64,000 nt of DNA, taken from the NCBI RefSeq assembly GCF_964213995.1, contig NW_027590185.1:62001-126000 (forward strand), in the 5' to 3' direction. Positions 11,433-23,757 of the stretch are shown piece after piece. The position numbers were made by a program, and so were the translations under genes. The first letter of the stretch is position 1. Each line of letters starts with the position of its first letter. The notes beneath the pieces were generated by a model. The model had not been told where the DNA came from. It worked only from the letters and a program-made list of their open reading frames with translations, and made no database searches. This stretch comes from Mustelus asterias. Taxonomy: Eukaryota.

Positions 11433-12302
11433 ATGGGAGGAAATAGCACAGTTCACAGTGAAGAGAAACTGTACACGTGTTCTGTGTGTGGACAAGACTT
11501 CAACCAATCATCCAGCCTTTCGGAACATAATTGCAGTCACAACAGGGAGAAGCTGTGGAAATGTGGGGACTGTGGGAAGGGATTCAATTACCCTTCCCAG
11601 CTGGAGATTCATCGGCGCAGTCACAGTGGAGAGAGACCATTCACCTGCTCCCAGAGTGGGAGGGGATTCACTCAGTCAAACAGCTTACATATACACCAGA
11701 GAACTCACACTGATGAGAGACCATTCAACTGCTCCCAGTGTGGGAAAGGATTCAGTGCCTCATCCCATCTGCTGAAACATCGGCGAATCCACACTGGGGA
11801 AAGGCCGTTCACCTGCTCTGTGTGTGGGAAGGGATTCACTCAGTCTTCCAACCTCGCATTACACCAGCGAATTCACACTGGGGAGAGGCCATGCACTTGC
11901 TCCCAGTGTGGGAAGAGATTTCCTCAGTCAGCCACCCCCTTCACACACCAGCGGATTCACACTGATGAGAGACCTTTTAAATGTCCAGACTGTGGGAAAT
12001 GCTTTAAAAATTCTGTAAATCTGCACTACCATCAACGTGTTCACACTGATGAGAAACCATTCAGGTGCTCTCACTGTGGGACTGGGTTCAAGCAATCATG
12101 TCAACTCACTGTACACCAGCGCACTCACACTGGGGAGAGACCGTTCACCTGCTCCCAGTGTGGGAATGGATTTGCTCACTCATCCACTCTGCTGACACAC
12201 CAGCGAATTCACACCGGGGAGAAGCCGTTCACTTGTTCCAAGTGTGGAAAGGTATTCAGTCAGTCATCCAATCTGCTGAGACACCAGCGAGTTCACAAGT
12301 AA
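11433..12302 (+). CDS. C2H2 zinc-finger protein (Z2), 10 fingers (third has Cys->Ser), no effector domain seen
   Basis: ATG in aacATGg at 11433; repeated CxxC-x12-HxxxH with TGERP linkers; acceptor tttcacag|g near 11323; ends HK*. Confidence 0.85.
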   Translation: MGGNSTVHSEEKLYTCSVCGQDFNQSSSLSEHNCSHNREKLWKCGDCGKGFNYPSQLEIHRRSHSGERPFTCSQSGRGFTQSNSLHIHQRTHTDERPFNCSQCGKGFSASSHLLKHRRIHTGERPFTCSVCGKGFTQSSNLALHQRIHTGERPCTCSQCGKRFPQSATPFTHQRIHTDERPFKCPDCGKCFKNSVNLHYHQRVHTDEKPFRCSHCGTGFKQSCQLTVHQRTHTGERPFTCSQCGNGFAHSSTLLTHQRIHTGEKPFTCSKCGKVFSQSSNLLRHQRVHK

Positions 12303-12415
12303 CTGTTGTGATTGGATTTTGCTGTTTTCGTGTTCAGACTGAATCATGTACCTTTGGGTCTGTTTCTGCTGAATTGAAAAGTGACTCCAGCTCTGTTATA
12401 GGTGTTGATATAATT

Positions 12416-12550
12416 GGTCTTAGAAGGGGAGGATTTGGGGTCAGGAAACTTGCACAAAACATCAGACCAGGATTGGATGGAATTGCACAATGTATTGTAA
12501 CCTGAACAGCAGAGAATTTTGAACATGGAAGGAAATAGCACCATTTTAAT
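12416..12550 (+). pseudogene. Truncated start of a further tandem ZNF exon (MEGNSTI...), cut by a CR1 insertion
   Basis: Re-copy of the Z2 exon leader (tagaaggggaggattt...ttttgaacATGgaaggaaatagcacc); paralog at 58990-59320 continues into fingers. Confidence 0.7.
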
Positions 12551-12554
12551 GATC

Positions 12555-14590
12555 TAAAAGTCATGAGATTTGAGGATGATTCCAGTCGATTGCAAAATAG
12601 CAAATGTAACTCCTTTATTCAAAAAAAGGAGGGAGGCAAAAAGGAAACTAAAGGCCAATTAATCTAAAACCTGATGTCGGGAAAATATTAAAGCTTTATT
12701 AAAGATATCATGAGAATGAGAAAAATTCAGACAACCAGAGAGAGTCAGCACGGTTTGAGAAAGGGAATTCATATTCAACCTATTTATTGGAGTTCTTTGA
12801 AGGAGTCACATATACTTTGGATAAAGGGGGTCGGTTCGCTCAGTTGGCCGGGTGGCTGGTTTGTGATGCACAGCGACACCAACAGCACGGTTTCAATTCT
12901 CGTGCCAACCAAGGTTATTCATGAAGGTGCCGTCTCCTCAATCTTGCCACTCACCTGAGGTGTGGTGATCCAAGATGATGAAAGGTATGGATAAAGCAGA
13001 CGTGGAACGGATGCTTCCTTTTCTGGGGCATTCTAAGACGAGAGGTCATAGCCTTAGGATAAGGGGCAGCAAAGTTAAAACAGAGTTGAGGAGAAACTGC
13101 TTCTCCCAAAGGGTTGTGAATCTGTGGAATTCGCTGTCCCAAAGGGTGGTGGATGCTGGGACAGTGAGTAAATTTGAGGAGGAGTTGGACAGATTTTTAA
13201 TTGGTAATGGGTTGAAGGGTTATGGGGAGAAGGCAGGAAAATGGGGATGAGGAGGTTATCAGCCATGATCGAATGGCGGAACAGACTCAAATGGTCTAAT
13301 TCTGCTCCTATATCTTATGAATTTATGATCCTCAGGTTAAGTGACCACCAGTCAGCTCTCCCTCTCAAGGGGACATCTGGGAGATGGTGACTTTATATAT
13401 TGGATAATAGGGCAGCAAAGGTGAATGTACTGTACTTAGATTTCCAAAATGCATTTGATAAGCTGCCACATCAAAGCTTAATGTGAAAAATAGAATCTCT
13501 CAGTGTGGGGGTAATATGGCATGGAAAGAAGATTAGCGAGCTAATGGGAAACAGTTGGCACACATGGATCTTTATCTGGTTGACAGGATGTGACGAGTGA
13601 TGTGCCAAAGCGATCAGAACTGGGACCTCTACTTTTAACAATTTATATAAATGACTTGGATGCAAGCATGGTCGCTAAATTTGCTGAGGACACAAAGGTA
13701 GAAAAGTAAGTGTGAAGAGGATGTAAGGAGGCCACAAAGGGATGTAGATAAGTTCAGCTAGTGGGCAAAGATTTGGCAAATGGAGTATAACGTGGGCAAA
13801 TGTGGAATTATCAATTTTGGCAGAAATTCCTGCCAAATTTAAAAAACACATTAAATATTGAGAGATTGCAGAGCTCTGAGATTCAGAGGTGTCCTAATAC
13901 ATGAATCACAAAAGGCTGGAATGCAGTTACAGCAAGTAATGAGGAAAGTTAATAGAATGTCATTGTTTATTGTGAGGAAATTGGTTACAAAAGGAGTGAG
14001 TTTATGTTTCAGTCATACAGGACACTGGTGAGACCACATCTGGAGTGTTGTTAAAGTATGGAACTCCTTATTTAAGGAAAATGTAAATGCATTGGAAGCA
14101 GTTCAGAGAATGTCTACCAGACTAATACCAGAAATTGGCAGGTTGTCTTATGAGGAAAGATTGGAGAATCTGGGCTTGTTCACTGGAGTTTAGAAGAGTA
14201 AGAGGGGCCTTGATTGAAGCCTTTTAAGTTTCTGAGGGTTATTGACTGGGTTGATGTGGAAAGGATGTTTTTTTCTTGCAGGAGAATTTTGAACAAGGAG
14301 ACACTGTTTAAAAATGTGTTTAAGACAGAGGTGGGGAGAAGTGTTTTCTTTCAGAGGATCATGGATCTTTGGAACTCTCTTTCTCAAAAGGCAGAGGAAG
14401 CAGAATCTTGGAATATTTTGAAGAAGAGCAAGATGGTCTCCTGATTAACAAGGAGATGGAAGATTATTGGTGAGAGTAGTGGGCAGGAGTGTGGGGTTGA
14501 GTTCACAATCAGATCAGCCATGATCTTATTGAATGGTGGAACAGCTCGAGGGGCCGAGTGGCCTCCTTCTGTTCCTAATTATTATGTTCG
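12555..14590 (+). mobile_element. Old CR1 LINE with nested tRNA-SINE (~12828-13395) and younger CR1 3' end (12972-13325)
   Basis: RT remnants (FQNAFDKLPH, FAEDTK); ORF 12975..13250 is the CR1 C-terminus with a ttatga-type tail; tgatcc repeated either side of the inner insertion. Confidence 0.8.
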
Positions 14591-14713
14591 AATGGGTCTG
14601 TTTCCATTGCTGTTAATAAACAACAGTCCATTTATAGATGTTAATATTGTGGATAATAGTCAAATAAATTGACTTAGTGTTAAACACACGGCCTTTTTAA
14701 TATCTTCAACACA

Positions 14714-14892
14714 GGTTCGTCCAATGATGTGCGGGTTAGGTTGATTGGCCGTGGTAAAATTGACCTTAGTGTCAGTGGTAATAGCAGGGTCATTAAATGG
14801 GGTTACGGGAATAGGGCCTGGGTGGGATTGTGCTTGGTGCAGACTGGATGGGCTGAATGGCCTCCTTCTGCACTGTAGGGATTCTATGATTC
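14714..14892 (+). mobile_element. HE1-type SINE, 3' half
   Basis: gggttaggttgattggcc...gggctgaatggcctccttctgcactgtagggattctatgattct tail. Confidence 0.8.
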
Positions 14893-15802
14893 TAGTCTTG
14901 TAATAGAACATTGTAACTATGTTAATATATTTCCAGGCATCGTTATTCCAATAGAGAAGGAGTCCATGTCAACTCCTTATAGAGCAATCCAGTCAGACCC
15001 ATTGCCCCTCCATCTACCCATTCTCCTGCAAGATTATTTCCTTCAAGTGCGCATCCAGTTTCATTTTGAAATCTTTAATTGCTTTCACTGCCACCAGATC
15101 CATGGGCACCCAGTTCCAGATCATGATCACTTGCTGCACCCACCACATCTCCAACCAAGTAATGAGTGCTGCATATTACACACATTTGAACAGGAAGTGA
15201 TGAGCATGGATTGGTTAACCAACATGAATTGGCACCTTTAGGAGAATTGGGAGGGTGTATTGTGGGATACAGCAGGGTAAGAATAGTGGGAAAAAGTAAA
15301 GAATTTTCTCTAAAAACTGGAATTGTCTTTTCTGAATTTCTAAGTTGCACTGACAGTGATGAATTTTGGAAATTCGTTTTACAGGATATCAGAAGAGGAT
15401 TTCCAGACAGAACATAGAACATAGAACAGTACAGCACAGAACAGGCCCTTTGGCCCACGATGTTGTGCCGAGCTTTATCTGAAGAATCTCAGAAATCTCA
15501 AAACAAACACTCATGGTGATCTGACAGATTAACTCCATTCATCGGGACCTGGACAACATCAGCCTTTGGAATCTACAAAGAGAAATATTTGTCTGTTCTT
15601 CTGCTTCAAGAGATTTCAACCATAAATGTGATTGGAAAAGCATGGACGCACATAGATCGGAGTGAGAGCGTTCCAGTGAACTGACTGTGGAAAAAAACTC
15701 AAACACAGCTTGAAAAGACAGCACCAGTCACATTGGGGTGAGACCGTTCGGGTGTTTTGTTGTGGATGAGGCTTTAGCTGACTGTCAAACTGGGAGAGAC
15801 AC

Positions 15803-16744
15803 ATGGACACCAGCACCATGGAGAAGCCGTGGAAATGTGGAGACTGTGGTAAAGGATTCAATTTCTCACACCAACTGGAAACTCATCGATGTAATCACAC
15901 TGGGGAGAGGCCGTTCATTTGCTTGGAGTGTGGGAAGGGATTTGCTCATTCATCCTCCCTGCAGACACACAAACGAGTTCACACAGGGGAGTGGCCATTC
16001 ACCTGCCCCGAGTGCGGGAAAGGATTCACAAGTTCATCCCACCTGGAGACACACAAGCGAGTTCACAGCGGGGAGAAGCCATTCACCTGCTCCGATTGTG
16101 GGAAGGGATTCAGTGAATCATCCAACTTGCTGATGCACCAGCGAGGTCACACCGGGGAGAAATGGTTCACGTGTTCAGAGTGTGGGAAGGGATTCACTCA
16201 GTTATCCCACCTGCAGACACACGAGCGAGTTCACACCGGGGAGAGGCCATTCATCTGCCCTGAGTGTGGGAAAGGATTCAGTAATTCATCCAACCTGCAG
16301 AGGCACCAGCGAATTCACACCAGGGAGAGACCGTTCAGCTGCTCCGAGTGTGGGAAGGGATTCACTGATTCATCCTATCTGCTGATACATCAGCGAGTTC
16401 ACACTGGGGAGAGGCCGTTCATCTGCCCTGAATGTGGGAAGCGTTTCCCTTATGCATCAAATCTGCAGAAACATCAACGATTGCACACTGGGGAGAGACC
16501 ATTCACCTGCCCAAATTGTGGGAAAACATTCACTCAGTCATCCCACCTGCAGACACATCAGCGAGTTCACACTGGAGAGAGACCATTCACCTGCTCTCAG
16601 TGTGAGAAAGGATTCAGTAATTCATCCAACCTGCGGACACACCAGCGAGTTCACACTGGGGAGAGACCGTTCACCTGCTCTGACTGTGGGAAAGGATTCA
16701 CTAAGTCATCGCAACTGCTGAGACACCAGCGAGTTCACAAGTGA
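15803..16744 (+). CDS. C2H2 zinc-finger protein (Z3), 11 fingers
   Basis: ATG at 15803 and Kozak accATGg at 15818; 11 intact fingers; ends HK*; acceptor tttacag|g near 15384. Confidence 0.88.
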   Translation: MDTSTMEKPWKCGDCGKGFNFSHQLETHRCNHTGERPFICLECGKGFAHSSSLQTHKRVHTGEWPFTCPECGKGFTSSSHLETHKRVHSGEKPFTCSDCGKGFSESSNLLMHQRGHTGEKWFTCSECGKGFTQLSHLQTHERVHTGERPFICPECGKGFSNSSNLQRHQRIHTRERPFSCSECGKGFTDSSYLLIHQRVHTGERPFICPECGKRFPYASNLQKHQRLHTGERPFTCPNCGKTFTQSSHLQTHQRVHTGERPFTCSQCEKGFSNSSNLRTHQRVHTGERPFTCSDCGKGFTKSSQLLRHQRVHK

Positions 16745-16771
16745 TGACAGGGGTTGGATTCTGCTGTTATT

Positions 16772-17113
16772 GTCAGAGGCTACAGAAGGATATAGATAGG
16801 CTGGAAATTTGGGCAAAGAAATGGCAGATGGAGTTCAATCCGGATAAATGCGAAGTGATGCATTTTGGTAGGACTAACGTAGGGGGGAGCTATACGATAA
16901 ATGGCAGAACCATAAAGGGTGTAGATACGCAGAGGGACCTGGGTGTGCAAGTCCACAGATCCTTGAAGGTGACGTCACAGGTGGAGAAGGTGGTGAAGAA
17001 GGCATATGGCATGCTTGCCTTTATAGGACGGGGCATAGAGTATAACAGTTGGGGTCTGATGTTGCAGTTGTATAGAACGTTGGTTCGGCCACATTTGGAA
17101 TACTGCGTCCAGT
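16772..17113 (+). mobile_element. CR1/HER1 LINE fragment in the Z3 3' UTR
   Basis: LQKDIDRLEIWAKKWQMEFNPDKCEVMHFG...LVRPHLEYCVQF. Confidence 0.9.
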
Positions 17114-17114
17114 T

Positions 17115-18093
17115 TGTGGTGACTGTTGTAAAATGGAGGAAACTGCGGACCTGGGTAATCAAATTTAGTTTTAAAATTCAATCATTTTTATACCATATTC
17201 ATTGCTATAAGTAGCAAGGTCAAGGAAGCCATTTTAAACTCAAAACATGTGGCTTCTAACAGTCTATTCACCTTCTGTCAGTTGGCGTTATTCGCTATAA
17301 ATTGATTTTATATTAACAGCCAGTCATGAAACATATGATTATTCAGTAATGAACCTTGATTAAGATATCGTTCGTGACTCAGTGCAATAGACAACTATAT
17401 CATAAAGGCTAGATCTTTATTTTAAAATATTAACACTGAATCACCTGAAATGTTTCCAGAAACCGCAGAGCCGGCAGAAATTGTTTAAAGGAAGAAATTA
17501 TTCTCTAATTTTGATAAACTACAGGAAATCATATTCTTCCAAAGTCCAGCTGAAGAATAAGGTTCATTGTTCAGTCTGGTCAGGATTAGTAAGGAAGAAA
17601 GCTGTTGTCTTTCTACAAACTGTCTTTTTGAACTCGTCTATCTTGTAGTAACCAAGTTTATTATTTAAAGATTACTGTATTAATTAGCTAGCAGTCAGCA
17701 ATAGATGATTGGAGAAGTAGTGAGATTTAATTGAGTTACAATTAATAAATCAATCAAGAATCAGTCGCTATTTTTAAGTTTATATATTAGTATCACATGT
17801 CGGCTTATAGTAAAAACTGAGTTTTATTTGCTGTAAAAGTGTATAATCTGAATTGCTGTGTATGTGAAGAATGTGCACTGATGATAAATGTACTGGTAAG
17901 AGAGACCTTCAAGCTCTGATTTGTCTCAGAATTTGAAATTGTCTGAATACCTGATTGTATAGAATCAGATAAAGGGTTAGTATGAAACTGTGCAATTGTA
18001 TTCCTGTCTAAGATAATGAGAGAAGGTGGTGTCAGTAATTGGGGATCCGGTTAAATTAATCTGGTCACCAAATTGACCAAGTGTCATGTCACA
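17115..18093. mobile_element. AT-rich solo LTR candidate
   Basis: Abruptly ends the CR1 fragment; termini tgtggtgac...gtcaca; internal AATAAA; no TSD confirmed. Confidence 0.4.
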
Positions 18094-18109
18094 ATCAGCC
18101 CAACCCTGA

Positions 18110-18285
18110 TGTCAGGTAATGGTCACTTTGGGGATAAAAGGGGCAGATGGGGTACTTGGGTTGGCATCTCATCCTAAAGGCAGCAGCTCTAATAATGCAG
18201 CACTCCCTCAGTGCTGGCACTTTGAATGTTGGCCTCAGGTCAATGGACTGGGATTTGAAAGAACAATCTTCTGATTCAGAGTGTA
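18110..18285 (-). mobile_element. SacSINE1-like (Deu-domain) SINE fragment
   Basis: catctcatcctaaaggcagcagctctaataatgcagcactccctcagtgctggcact...cttctgattcaga resembles the recalled antisense SacSINE1 consensus. Confidence 0.6.
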
Positions 18286-18700
18286 GATTTGATTTATTAT
18301 CGTCACATGTATGAACATACAATCAAAAGTCTTGTTTCTTGCACGCTATACAGACAAAGCATACCGTTCATAGAGAAGGAAATGAGAGAGTGCAGAATGT
18401 AGTGTTACAGTCACAGCTAGGGTGTGGAGAAAGATCAACTTTATGCAGGGCAAGTCCATTCAAATGTCTGATGGCAGCAGGGAAGAAGCTGTTCTTGAGT
18501 CAGTTGGTATGTGACCTCAGACTTTTGTATCTTTTTACCAACAGAAGAAGGTGGAAGAGCAAATGTCCAGGTTGTGTGGGGTCCTTAATTATGCTGGCTG
18601 CTTTTCCAAGGCAGCGGGAAAAGTAGACAGAGTCAATGCATGGGAGGCTGGTTTGTGTGATGGACTGGGCTTTGTTCATGACCCTTGTTAGTTTCTTGTG
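18286..18700 (-). mobile_element. Rex1/Babar LINE 3' end
   Basis: RCLGKAASIIKDPTQPGHLLFHLL..KRYKSLRSHTN; tail (aatca)n; sister copies at 26425-26715, 43105-43300, 44120-44640, 53050-53400, 63700-63880. Confidence 0.8.
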
Positions 18701-19419
18701 CAAGAGTGTGATCCACTGTGCCGTGGCTGATACAGTAGACAATACAAAGTTAGAAAGGGAAAGTTATTCTTCACCTCCAGTGCCTCAATGTAAAAATAAC
18801 AACCTCATACAAAAACAGGTATTGAATGCACAAATGTCAAAGAGTTTATTGAAAGCTACAATTTTCAGGTTCCCACTTGAGCCTGGGGCACCTTTCTGTC
18901 TCTACTGCTTGTGTCAATGCCAGCCAGGCAACGGAGCTAAGAGCTGAATTTAGCTGAGAATAATGGGGCCTGTGCCCCAGTTGGGAAACTGCCCTGGACG
19001 TCGCACTGATAGAGAGACAGGTAGGTGCTGGAGGACTGACTGAGAAATGGGCCTCCAGCCAATTGGGGCAGGAGACGGGGCGATTGGGGCAGATGGTGAC
19101 GGAACCCCTGGGGTTCAGTCCATGTGCCCAAAGTGTGGAGTCACAGTAACAGGGTGCAGAGGAGCTGGAGAGAAACCATTTGGGCCCAGAGCATTGTGAA
19201 CATCCTTTTAATCTATAGAATTGGGATTCGGGGAGTCCATTAACCCTTTATTCTCTTTTCCCAAACTCTGAAATGATTCCCAGTGATAACCCTTATTGGT
19301 GACAGTGGTTAGATTTTATTCAGTATCAATAAGAGCTGACACAGGTTAATGTCTGAGCAGTCGTATCAAAGTGCAGCAGCATTACCATTACACTCTGGGT
19401 AGAAGCAGCATCTCCATGT

Positions 19420-19660
19420 AAATGCTCCCTGGTTGCCTCCCACAGTGCAAAGATGTACAGGTTAGGCAGATTGACCAATGCTAAATTGCCCCGTAAATGT
19501 CCCAGGATGTTATGGTTCGGGGGATTAGTGGGGTAAATGCGTGGGGTTATGGGGCCTGGGCGGGGAGGGGTGTGTCTGGGTAAGATGCTCTGACAGAGAG
19601 TCGGTGCAGACTCGATGGGCCAAATGGCCTCCTTTTGCATAGTAGGGATTCTATGATTAC
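19420..19660 (+). mobile_element. HE1-type SINE, 5'-truncated
   Basis: cctcccacagtgcaaagatgtacaggttagg...gggccaaatggcctcc...gggattctatgatt. Confidence 0.75.
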
Positions 19661-19953
19661 CATAATTACCACAATCAGTTCCAGACAGGAAACTTAAACC
19701 TGCTGTTTCACTCTCACTCAGGAACAGATCCCAGTTTTACACCAATCTCTGATTTGACAGCATGTTTCCAGCATTCACTGTTGTTCTTACTGACTCTAAA
19801 CACAGTTGTAAAGGAGCCTCTGTTCCGTGCCGAGGAGCTCTGAACCATGGAAGAGCAGCTGGGACACATTTCTTACACACCTCAGGTTTAACCCACACAT
19901 TTAGTCCTCAATGTGATCAACAGCAGCAATACAGAGAACTCCAACCTCTGCAC

Positions 19954-20712
19954 TCACTTGTGAATTTGCTGGTGTGTCAGCAGGTTAGAAGATTGAGTGA
20001 ATCCCTTCCCACACATGGAGCAGGTGAATGGTCTCTCCACAGTGTGAGTGCGCTGGTGTTTCAATAGATGAGATGAACAAGTAAATCTTTTTCCACACTC
20101 GGAGCAGGTGAATGGCCTCTCTCCGCTGTGAACTCGCCGGTGAGTCAGCAGTGCGGCTGATCGAGTGAATCCTTTCCCACACTCGGAGCAGGTGAATGGT
20201 CTCTCTCCAGTGTGAGTGCGTCGATGTCTCAGCAGATTATCACGGTTTTTAAAGCTCTCCTCACAGTCAGGACATTTAAAAGTTCTTGCATCAGAGTGAG
20301 TGCGCTGGTGTCTCAGCAGGTTGGATGAATTAATGAACCCCTTCCCACACATGGAGCAGGTGAACGGCCTCTCCCCAGTGTGAGTGCGCTGGTGTACAGT
20401 GAATTCAGATGATTTCCTGAACCCAGTCCCGCAGTGAGAGCACCTGAATGGCCTCTGGTCAGTGTGAACACGTTGATGGGACATCAGGTCCCCAGAACTT
20501 TTATAGCCCTTCCCGCAGTCTGGGCATTTAAAAGGTCTCAGGTCAGTGTGAACTCGCTGGTGTTGCAGCAGGTTGGATGACTCTCTGAATCCCTTCCCAC
20601 ACATGGAGCAGGTGAATGGCCTCTCCCTAGTGTGAGTGCGCTGATGGATTTCCAGCTGGGACGGCCATTTGAATCCCTTCCCACAATCCTCACATTTCCA
20701 CGGTTTCTCCAT
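19954..20712 (-). CDS. C2H2 zinc-finger protein (Z4), 9 fingers
   Basis: Kozak ggcaccATGg at 20712 ([10 protein letters not shown]); 9 intact fingers; ends HK*. Confidence 0.88.
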   Translation of the reverse strand: MEKPWKCEDCGKGFKWPSQLEIHQRTHTRERPFTCSMCGKGFRESSNLLQHQRVHTDLRPFKCPDCGKGYKSSGDLMSHQRVHTDQRPFRCSHCGTGFRKSSEFTVHQRTHTGERPFTCSMCGKGFINSSNLLRHQRTHSDARTFKCPDCEESFKNRDNLLRHRRTHTGERPFTCSECGKGFTRSAALLTHRRVHSGERPFTCSECGKRFTCSSHLLKHQRTHTVERPFTCSMCGKGFTQSSNLLTHQQIHK

Positions 20713-21737
20713 GGTGCCGATGTGTCTCTCCAGGTTGTTGATCAGTTGAAGGCTCCACACACACACAACACGTGTACAGTTTCTCCCCAATGTAAATGGC
20801 GTGATGTTTTTTCAGGGTGTCTAACTGGTTAAAGCTCTTTCCAGCCAGAACACCTTCACTCGGGTGTATGTGTGTGTGTCTCGGTGCTTTCCCAATCACA
20901 CTGATGTTTGAAATCTTTTCCCACAGACAGAACAGAAATCCTTTCTCCTTCCACATTCACATCCCGATGCCTCAAATAGCTCCGTCAGATCTTGACGTGA
21001 TGTTAGGTTTGAGTTTCCTCTCCTTCCAATATCCTGGAAAAGAAGTTTACAAATGTCATCACGGTAAATCCAGGATAGAAATTCAGAACAGGCAATTCCA
21101 GTTTCTGTGGAACATTTTTGTTCCCCATCCCACACAATCCCCCTGCGCAGAATCCAGTGAAGTGTCTTTCCTTCACTCCCAGTTTTCCCTCCCCCATTTC
21201 TCTGGCTGTGTTCAGATCTCCAGCTGCTGTTTGCAGAATAAGAATAAAATCAATCATTTTCTCTCCTGGTCACTGCTCCCTGATGCCCCGCCAACCCAAT
21301 GCCCCTTCACTAACACGGCCACACATGTACACTGTTGGTTGGACAAGACTCGCCAGCTTCCTCCCTCAAGTGGCACCTAGTCACCTGAGTACCTTGGGCA
21401 TGACACCAAAAGAGCCCCACCTTCCCGATCTGCCCTGACTTCCTATTTCATTGGTAGTCTCTTGGGTTTGAGGATGACTTGCCTGATCTGTTTGTTAAAT
21501 CCATCCATCTCCCTTGATTCCATAATCCTTAACACTCTCATCTCACAACCTTCTTACAATCTGTTTTTAAATTTTCTGTTGACTGAATCTGATCAGAATT
21601 CCAGATTTCTATTTCCCGTGAAGTGATTCCTGACATTGCTCCTGAACAGCCCAGTCTCAGTTAAACAAATAAATATCGCTGATTTGTATATTTAAATTGT
21701 GACAATTATTTTACTCTGAACTTTAAAAAAAACACGA

Positions 21738-22010
21738 CATGGCGGCACAGTGGTGAGCACTGCTGCCTCAGCGCCAGGGACCTGGGTTCAATTCCAGCCT
21801 TGGGTCTGTGTGGAGTTTGCATGTTCTCCCCATGTCTGTGTGGGTTTCCTGTGTGCTCCGGTTTCCCCTCTCAGTCTGAAAGACATGCTGGTTAGGTGCA
21901 TTGACACAAACAGGTGCCGGAGTGTGGCGACTCGGGGAATTTCACAGTAACTTCATTGCAGTGTTACTGTAAGCCTTACTTGATATTAATAAATAAACTT
22001 TAACTTTAAA
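21738..22010 (+). mobile_element. SINE with HE1-type head and alternative 3' tail
   Basis: tRNA-like A/B boxes, then ggcgactcggggaatttcacagtaacttcattgcagtgtt...aataaataaactttaa; same type at 34915-35190 (-) and 57596-57855 (+). Confidence 0.75.
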
Positions 22011-22020
22011 AACAAAAAAA

Positions 22021-22332
22021 GGCACAGTGGTTATCAATGCTGCCTGACAGCTCCAGGGACCCGGGTTCGATTCCCGGCTTGGGTCACTATCTGTGTGGAG
22101 TTTGCACGTTCTCCCCGTGTCTGCGTGGGTTTCCTCCGGATGCTCCGGTTTCCTCCCACAGTCCAAAGAGGCGCAGGCTAGGTGGATTGGCCATGCTAAA
22201 TTGACCTACTTAGTACCCTCAGGGGGATTAACAGGGTAAATAGGTGAGGTTGCAGTGATAGGGCCTGGGTGGGATTGTTGTTCGGTGCAGGCTCGATGGG
22301 CCAAATGACCTCCTCTGCACTGTCGGAATTCT
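22021..22332 (+). mobile_element. HE1-type SINE, full length
   Basis: ggcacagtggtta...gggacccgggttcgattcccggc...ggtttcctcccacagtccaaag...gggccaaatgacctcc. Confidence 0.85.
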
Positions 22333-22659
22333 TTAATAATCGCAGTGAAAGACTGGAGAAGCTGGAAATGGGAACCAAAAACAGAAAGTTCTGGAAATGA
22401 GAACTGAAAACAGGAAGTTGTGGAAATCCTCAGCAGGTTTTGGCAGCTTCTGTGAAGAGAGAGAAACAGAGTTAACATTTGCAATGCCAGAGGCTTGTTG
22501 TTGATGAGCTGAGTGTTTGCAGCATTGTGGTGAGCTTTGAGAAACATACTGAATGTGAGTTTCTAGTTCTCACACAGATCTGGATGTCAATCTGATTTCA
22601 CACCTTCCTCTGAACACTTTCCAAACTCAGCTCCAGCTCATTGTCCATCCCTTCACTAA

Positions 22660-22980
22660 ACACCCGGATGGACAATCACCACCTCAAGATGGCGGCGCCC
22701 GCATGTTGCCCGGGTAACCCGGGCCCAGGCAACAGGGAGCAGCCCCGCCCACTCCCCCCTCCCTTAACAAGATGGCCGTCCCCGCGCATGCGCTCCCTGA
22801 ACAAAAGACACGCCTTCCTCTCCCAAGGTGGCGGCCGGTGACCTGGTTCAATCCGGGACCCGGATGACCCTCTTCCTATTGGTCTGGAACTACCCGTCAA
22901 TCACTCCCCGGCCCATTGTGAGCTGGAGCATGCGCGGTGTGGCTGTGAATCTGGACTCAGGCGGGTGAGTGCAGGAGGTT
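22660..22980. promoter_or_regulatory. CpG-island bidirectional promoter of Z4(-)/Z5(+)
   Basis: YY1 caagatggcggc 22685-22696; NRF1 gcgcatgcgc 22784-22793; GC box ccccgccc; ATTGG; donor gg|gtgagt at 22975. Confidence 0.78.
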
Positions 22981-23164
22981 CCAAACCTCCCAGTAAGACC
23001 CATTGGTTTTATTGTCAGTCTGCAGACAGGAGCTGGAGAACTGAACCCAGACAGAGGAGAGGGAGGGAGAAAACTGGGAGTGGAGGAAAGAAATGGTGAG
23101 ATGGGTTTGGATTTCAGCCCAGGGAGGAGGGAGAGTGTGTGGGACGGGGATTTACAGATTCAGG

Positions 23165-23757
23165 AGAACAAAGAACAATGCAGCACAGCAACAGGCCCTT
23201 TGGCCCACCGAGCCTGCGCTGATTCCTAATTTACACCCACTACTTATTGTCCCTATATGGATTCTATCCCTCTGTTTGTCTCCCGTTTGTGTGTCTATCA
23301 ACATACGCCTTGAACGTTGCTAACGTGCCTGCTTCCACAACCTCCATTGGCAGCATGTTCCAGGCACCCACAACCCTCTGTGTGAAAAACTTTCCCCACC
23401 TCACCTTGAACCTGTGCCCTCTCATAGTCAACCCTTCCGCCCTGGGAAAAAGCCTCTGACTATCCACCCTAGCTATGCAACTCATAATTTTGTAGATTTC
23501 TATCAGGTCACCCTCAGTCTCCATCTTTCCAGTGAAAACAATCCAGGTTTATCCAACCTCTTTTCATACCTTAAACCCTCCAGACTGGGCAACATCTGGT
23601 AAACCTTCTTTATACTCTCTCCAAAGCATTCACGTCCTTCTGGTAGTGTGGCAACCAGAACTGCATGTAATACTCCAAATGTGGCCTAACTAAAGTTTTA
23701 TACAGCTGTAACACATCTTGCCAACATTTATACTTGATGCCCCGGCCAATGAAGGCA
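23165..23757 (-). mobile_element. CR1/HER1 3' end in the Z5 intron
   Basis: Minus ORFs GDLIEIYKIM...FFTQRVVGAWN and LVRPHLEYYMQFWLPHY. Confidence 0.85.

Larger units (their letters stand above)
3720..12550. repeat. Segmental duplication copy A (LTR + Copia relic + divergent ZNF pair)
   Basis: Colinear matches to ~47130-59115, e.g. 3855-4300~47208-47670, 4450-5480~47818-49246, 9950-10480~53953-54480, 11250-11550~55548-55850, 12416-12545~58990-59112. Confidence 0.9.
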
